Shown here one piece after another: positions 60,163 to 64,000 of a stretch of DNA of 64,000 bases. The position numbers and the translations under genes are program-made. The stretch comes from an uncultured Dehalococcoidia bacterium (lineage in GTDB: Bacteria; Chloroflexota; Dehalococcoidia; Lucifugimonadales; UBA2985). The notes beneath the pieces were generated by a model. The model was not told where the DNA came from, made no database searches, and was given only the letters and a program-made list of their open reading frames with translations. The stretch's first letter is position 1. Each line of letters starts with the position of its first letter. The stretch covers positions 82,085 to 146,084 of the forward strand of contig CAZNIG010000003.1 in assembly GCA_964573055.1 (NCBI GenBank), read 5' to 3'.

Positions 60163-61464
60163 TTGCACCCCATAGATCCTAACCACGATCGAATCAACAG
60201 TGACTCTACAGACGAATCACAATCCAAACATGCCCATAAAGGAATTTTCTATGGCTGGTACATAGTAGCAGCTAGCGTTGCGATCAATTTCTACCTATCT
60301 ATAGTTTTCTTTCAGGGCTTTCAAGTGTTCTTCCTGCCTATACTTCAAGAATTCGGCTGGACTCGCGCATTAACTTCCGGCGCATTTTCTTTGCGGCAGC
60401 TAGAATCCGGGCTCCTAGCGCCTATTATGGGCTTTATGGTAGACCGATGGGGCCCAAGAATAGTGATTCTTATGGGTGTAATCCTAGGCGGAGCTGGAAT
60501 GATTTTACTAAGCTACATTAACTCTTTGTGGAGCTTCTACCTAGCGTTCCTACTAGCATCACTAGGTGTGAGCGGCGCATCACATGGTGTCTCTTGGGCT
60601 GTAGCGGTGGCAAATTGGTTTAGCAGGCTACAAGGTCGCGCGCTGGGCATAGCTATGCTAGGACCTGTGGTAGGAGGCCCATTTGTAGTCTTGGTAGCAG
60701 TGATGGACGAAAGTTTAGGTTGGCGCACAGCTCTGTTTATCCTTGGCATAGGCCTCTGGATTGTCGGTATTCCCTTAGCATTAGTAGCTCGTTCTGACCC
60801 ATACAGTTACGGTTACCTACCAGACGGCGACCCAGTAGATCCAGCCTTAGAACATTTTATTGGGGCTCTAGAACAAGATAACACAGGGTTTACGGTCAAA
60901 GAGGCTCTTAAGACCCGGGATTTCTGGTGCCTCCTATTTCTTTTCGCCGCTTTTTTCATTGGAGTAAGCGGGTTAATGGTGCATTTAATACCATTGCTCC
61001 AAGATTTGGATTACAGTGCGACGGAGGCCGCCGGCGTGGTAGGTCTCATATTCCTTCTGAGCGGTATTGGACGAGTCGGTGCTGGAACTTTGGCAGATAT
61101 GATAGGCTTTCGGAAAATCATCCTTTTCCTTATCATCTCCGAGCTTATTTCACTCCTACTTTTGGTCAGAATTGGACCTTCTCAGCCTTGGCTACTCGTT
61201 ATTTTCTCTCTGCTTTTTGGCATTGGCTTCGGAGGTACTATCCCTCTTCGGCCTTTTCTAATCATGCAAATGTTCGGCTCGAAATCGTTTGGTGCAATTC
61301 AAGGTATGGTTCAAGGGGGCGCAATTGGAGCTGGAATGCTAGGCCCGGTGCTTTATGGCTGGGTTTTTGATCACACAAATTCATATGACCTCGCAATATA
61401 CGCCTCCATACTTACTATTATTGCTGGCATACCCGCTCTCTATCTACTAAAGGAACATGCATAA
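60163..61464 (+). CDS. MFS transporter (OFA/monocarboxylate-like)
   Basis: FYGWYIV, GFMVDRWGPR, NWF...GRALGI and FTVKEALKTRDFW motifs. Confidence 0.9.
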   Translation: MHPIDPNHDRINSDSTDESQSKHAHKGIFYGWYIVAASVAINFYLSIVFFQGFQVFFLPILQEFGWTRALTSGAFSLRQLESGLLAPIMGFMVDRWGPRIVILMGVILGGAGMILLSYINSLWSFYLAFLLASLGVSGASHGVSWAVAVANWFSRLQGRALGIAMLGPVVGGPFVVLVAVMDESLGWRTALFILGIGLWIVGIPLALVARSDPYSYGYLPDGDPVDPALEHFIGALEQDNTGFTVKEALKTRDFWCLLFLFAAFFIGVSGLMVHLIPLLQDLDYSATEAAGVVGLIFLLSGIGRVGAGTLADMIGFRKIILFLIISELISLLLLVRIGPSQPWLLVIFSLLFGIGFGGTIPLRPFLIMQMFGSKSFGAIQGMVQGGAIGAGMLGPVLYGWVFDHTNSYDLAIYASILTIIAGIPALYLLKEHA

Positions 61465-61615
61465 AACCCCTTTGGACAACCTGTATTAATCCACAGGTAT
61501 AGCACGGAGGCGTTTTCCCGCTGCCTGCTATACCGAAGTATAGGCTGCCCCTCTTCGTCCGCCATAGCCAAGCCTCTTTGCTTGCTAGAACATCGCCTTA
61601 GGACAACTGATATAG

Positions 61616-61663
61616 ACAGAGAGGGGTTTGAGACACTCAAGTGTGTCTCAAACCCGTCTCTGT
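61616..61663. terminator. Long stem-loop after ACAD B, between convergent genes
   Basis: ACAGAGA-G-GGGTTTGAGACAC-N6-GTGTCTCAAACCC-G-TCTCTGT. Confidence 0.65.
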
Positions 61664-61678
61664 GTCTTTTAAGCTGCT

Positions 61679-62899
61679 CTAGCTATTCGCTGAGGTCGTA
61701 GATGGGGTAGGAGCAGGTCTTTCCTGCGTTCGGCTTATACCTATTCTCCTAGCCAAAACCACTTTGGCAATGTTAGTTGTACCTCCAGGATGCCTCTGCC
61801 CCGCAGCGGCTCTTTGCCTAACTTCCTGCGCCCCACGCCCTGGGGCTACCGGGTCCTCGGTACTAAGGAAGGCAAACGGCCCCATTAACTCCCTAACCCT
61901 CAGAGCATTTCTGAGTCCCGACTCTCTGCTATGCACATTGGCCAAGTTGCCCTCATATCTGATTTCCACTTTTTTCTGATACATCCAGTGGGTACGCTTT
62001 GCCAGTATACCTTGGACGTGAGACTCTATGTACGCATCCATTGCCTTCTGAGCAGTGACGGGGTCTTTAACCACACTGCTACCATTAAATTTTTGGATGT
62101 TAACAAATGACATTAAGTCGTCTAGCGCCTCATCTCTTGGGAATGCTCGACCGCCGCCACCATGCTCGAATTCCAGGTGGGTGCCCAGTACTTGCCACCC
62201 TTGGTGATCGCCACCAATAAGATGGTCACCAGAAATCCTTACATTGTCCATGAAAATAGCCCGTTTTCTGCCTCCACCCAGCAGGCTCATCTCATTGATA
62301 GATAGCCCTTCAGCCGGGGCTTCGATCACGAAGTACCCTAGGTTGCGATGCCTCGGTGCATCTGGATCGGTTAGCATAGGTCCCACCATCATCTCCGCAT
62401 CTTCATAGCCGCCAATATACATGTTGGAACCATTCAGTACCCAATCATCGCCATCGCGGACTGCTGTGCTCTCGTAGGCTGCTACGTCTGCACCTGAGTG
62501 GGGTTCAGTCAATTTCTGCCAGGTAACTTTCTCGCCGGTAAGGAGTGGTCGCAAGTATTTCTGCTTCTGCTCTTCTGTCCCCCAAACCAACAGAGTCGGG
62601 AACACCTGAGTGCTACTAAACCTCCGAACCGCACCAAATCGGTTGAACTCCTCATCTATTATGGTTTCATGATCTCCTGTAAGACCCCCACCGCCGTATT
62701 CCTTGGGATATGTGGGCTCAAGCCAGCCCTTGATCGCCATTTCCTTATGCTTTTCTCGCCACCACCAGTACATTTCTGACGTGAAATGGTTTTGGTCAAC
62801 TGGCTCTTTCATCTCTTCCGGAACATTGGCTTCTAGCCAACCTCGTACTTCCTTACGAAACTCTTCCTGCTCTGGAGTGTACGGTAATGAAAAATCCAT
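61679..62899 (-). CDS. Acyl-CoA dehydrogenase family protein (paralog B)
   Basis: Same motifs as 51007..52233 with long identical blocks; AAGGAGG RBS. Confidence 0.92.
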   Translation of the reverse strand: MDFSLPYTPEQEEFRKEVRGWLEANVPEEMKEPVDQNHFTSEMYWWWREKHKEMAIKGWLEPTYPKEYGGGGLTGDHETIIDEEFNRFGAVRRFSSTQVFPTLLVWGTEEQKQKYLRPLLTGEKVTWQKLTEPHSGADVAAYESTAVRDGDDWVLNGSNMYIGGYEDAEMMVGPMLTDPDAPRHRNLGYFVIEAPAEGLSINEMSLLGGGRKRAIFMDNVRISGDHLIGGDHQGWQVLGTHLEFEHGGGGRAFPRDEALDDLMSFVNIQKFNGSSVVKDPVTAQKAMDAYIESHVQGILAKRTHWMYQKKVEIRYEGNLANVHSRESGLRNALRVRELMGPFAFLSTEDPVAPGRGAQEVRQRAAAGQRHPGGTTNIAKVVLARRIGISRTQERPAPTPSTTSANS

Positions 62900-63288
62900 T
62901 GATGCCCTCCTTACTTATGACTTGTGCAATCGATTCGCTACTAGTACTGTCCTGAGTATCGCGTACTTGCAAGGGAGAGATACATCCTCTAAAGTATAAT
63001 GCAATACCCTCGCATATAGTCCTCAAAACACCTCATCCCTCTGTGTACCACGCTCCATTATATTTTTTTGTACTTCCCCACGTCAAGTATTCACAGAATT
63101 AAGTTATGCTTACTGTTTACGACTATTAACCCGATTGACCCACCGGAATTCGCAATATGCAAATCTCCCTCTATGCTCTCGATGAAGCGCTTGAACAAAT
63201 TAGCAACCCTTAATCATTCTCAATGCTATTGAAGCCAAGAGAGCGGTTTGTTAAACTAGGACAGCCTCGCCAAAGTCAAGGGATAACT

Positions 63289-63585
63289 ATGACCTCTCCT
63301 AAATTAAGCCGAGAAACAGTTGTACACATAGCTCTCCTCTGCCGTCTCGGGCTTAGCGAAGAGGAGATTGAAGATTTCCGCGGTCAACTATCTGATATTA
63401 TAGAAAATTTCCAGATCTTGGACCAAGTTGATACTGAAAACGTCGAACCTAACCCTCATTCCATGCCTTTGGGAAGTGTCATGAGGGAAGATATACCAAC
63501 TTCTTCGTATCCAAAGGAAGCCATCCTAGCTAACGCCCCGTTTAGGGAAGGTGATTTTTTCAGGGTTAGGGCAGTTCTGGACTGA
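63289..63585 (+). CDS. gatC: Asp/Glu-tRNA amidotransferase subunit C
   Basis: V.HIA.L.RL, VDTENVEP, MRED and NAP..EGDFFRV motifs; coupled to gatA. Confidence 0.93.
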   Translation: MTSPKLSRETVVHIALLCRLGLSEEEIEDFRGQLSDIIENFQILDQVDTENVEPNPHSMPLGSVMREDIPTSSYPKEAILANAPFREGDFFRVRAVLD

Positions 63586-64000
63586 TGTCGAACGACCTAA
63601 GATACCTTAGCATCCCAGAAGCCAAAGCCCTTCTCAGAAAGGGGCAGGTCTCCTCGTATGAACTCGCCCAAGATCACATCAAATACGTTCACAAGATAGA
63701 GGACAAGATAAAAGCATTTGTAACTATAACAGAGGAAACCGCCTTAGCCCAATCCAAGAATGCCGATAAATATGTAAAGGAAACCAGCTCGATGGATTTG
63801 ACCGGCATTCCGATGCAAGTTAAGGACAATATGTGCACTAACGGTATACTAACCACCTGCTCGTCGCGCATGCTGGAAACCTTCGTTCCCCCATACTCTG
63901 CGACAGTAGTGCATAGGCTTAAAGAAAGCGGGGCCGTAATGATAGGAAAGGGAAACATGGATGAATTTGCCATGGGTTCCTCAACCGAAAATTCCGCTTT
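63585..64000 (+). CDS. gatA: Asp/Glu-tRNA amidotransferase subunit A (partial, runs off the window; absent from the ORF track)
   Basis: ATG overlaps the gatC TGA; translates to ...LTGIPMQVKDNMCT...TTCSSRML..FVPPYSATVV...GKGNMDEFAMGSSTENSA (amidase signature). Confidence 0.95.
   Translation, partial: MSNDLRYLSIPEAKALLRKGQVSSYELAQDHIKYVHKIEDKIKAFVTITEETALAQSKNADKYVKETSSMDLTGIPMQVKDNMCTNGILTTCSSRMLETFVPPYSATVVHRLKESGAVMIGKGNMDEFAMGSSTENSA

Overview
Bacterial chromosome segment of moderate GC. It most likely comes from a Chloroflexota/Dehalococcoidia (SAR202-like) organism. That assignment is inferred from the DUF2298/YYY giant membrane protein, the PAC2-family gene and the paralog expansions of class III CoA-transferases, acyl-CoA dehydrogenases and MFS transporters. 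The window is mostly housekeeping genes: eno, gap, pheA, ktrBA, ruvCAB, prfA-prmC, mfd, msrA, hisHA, rph, tRNA-Asn, trmL, pntAAB, panD, amt-glnK, ileS, pncA/B-like, tilS and gatCA. These are interspersed with two catabolic clusters: CoA-transferases at 28.8-35.6 kb, and an ACAD/MFS/MarR/molybdenum-hydroxylase block at 51-63 kb. I saw no CRISPR array, transposase or integrase. The most notable signals are: (i) several unannotated structured RNAs whose closing stem starts at a consensus sigma70 start site, the best being a ~198-nt RNA upstream of a CNNM/CorC gene; (ii) fused and split versions of an inactive+active CoA-transferase pair, sharing a leader motif; (iii) several proteins with altered catalytic signatures (NAPRTase-like protein, alpha/beta-hydrolase lipoprotein, P-II T-loop, IleRS GVHH); and (iv) a four-unit phased GlnR-type operator upstream of amt-glnK. 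All RNA folds were done by eye and need computational confirmation.
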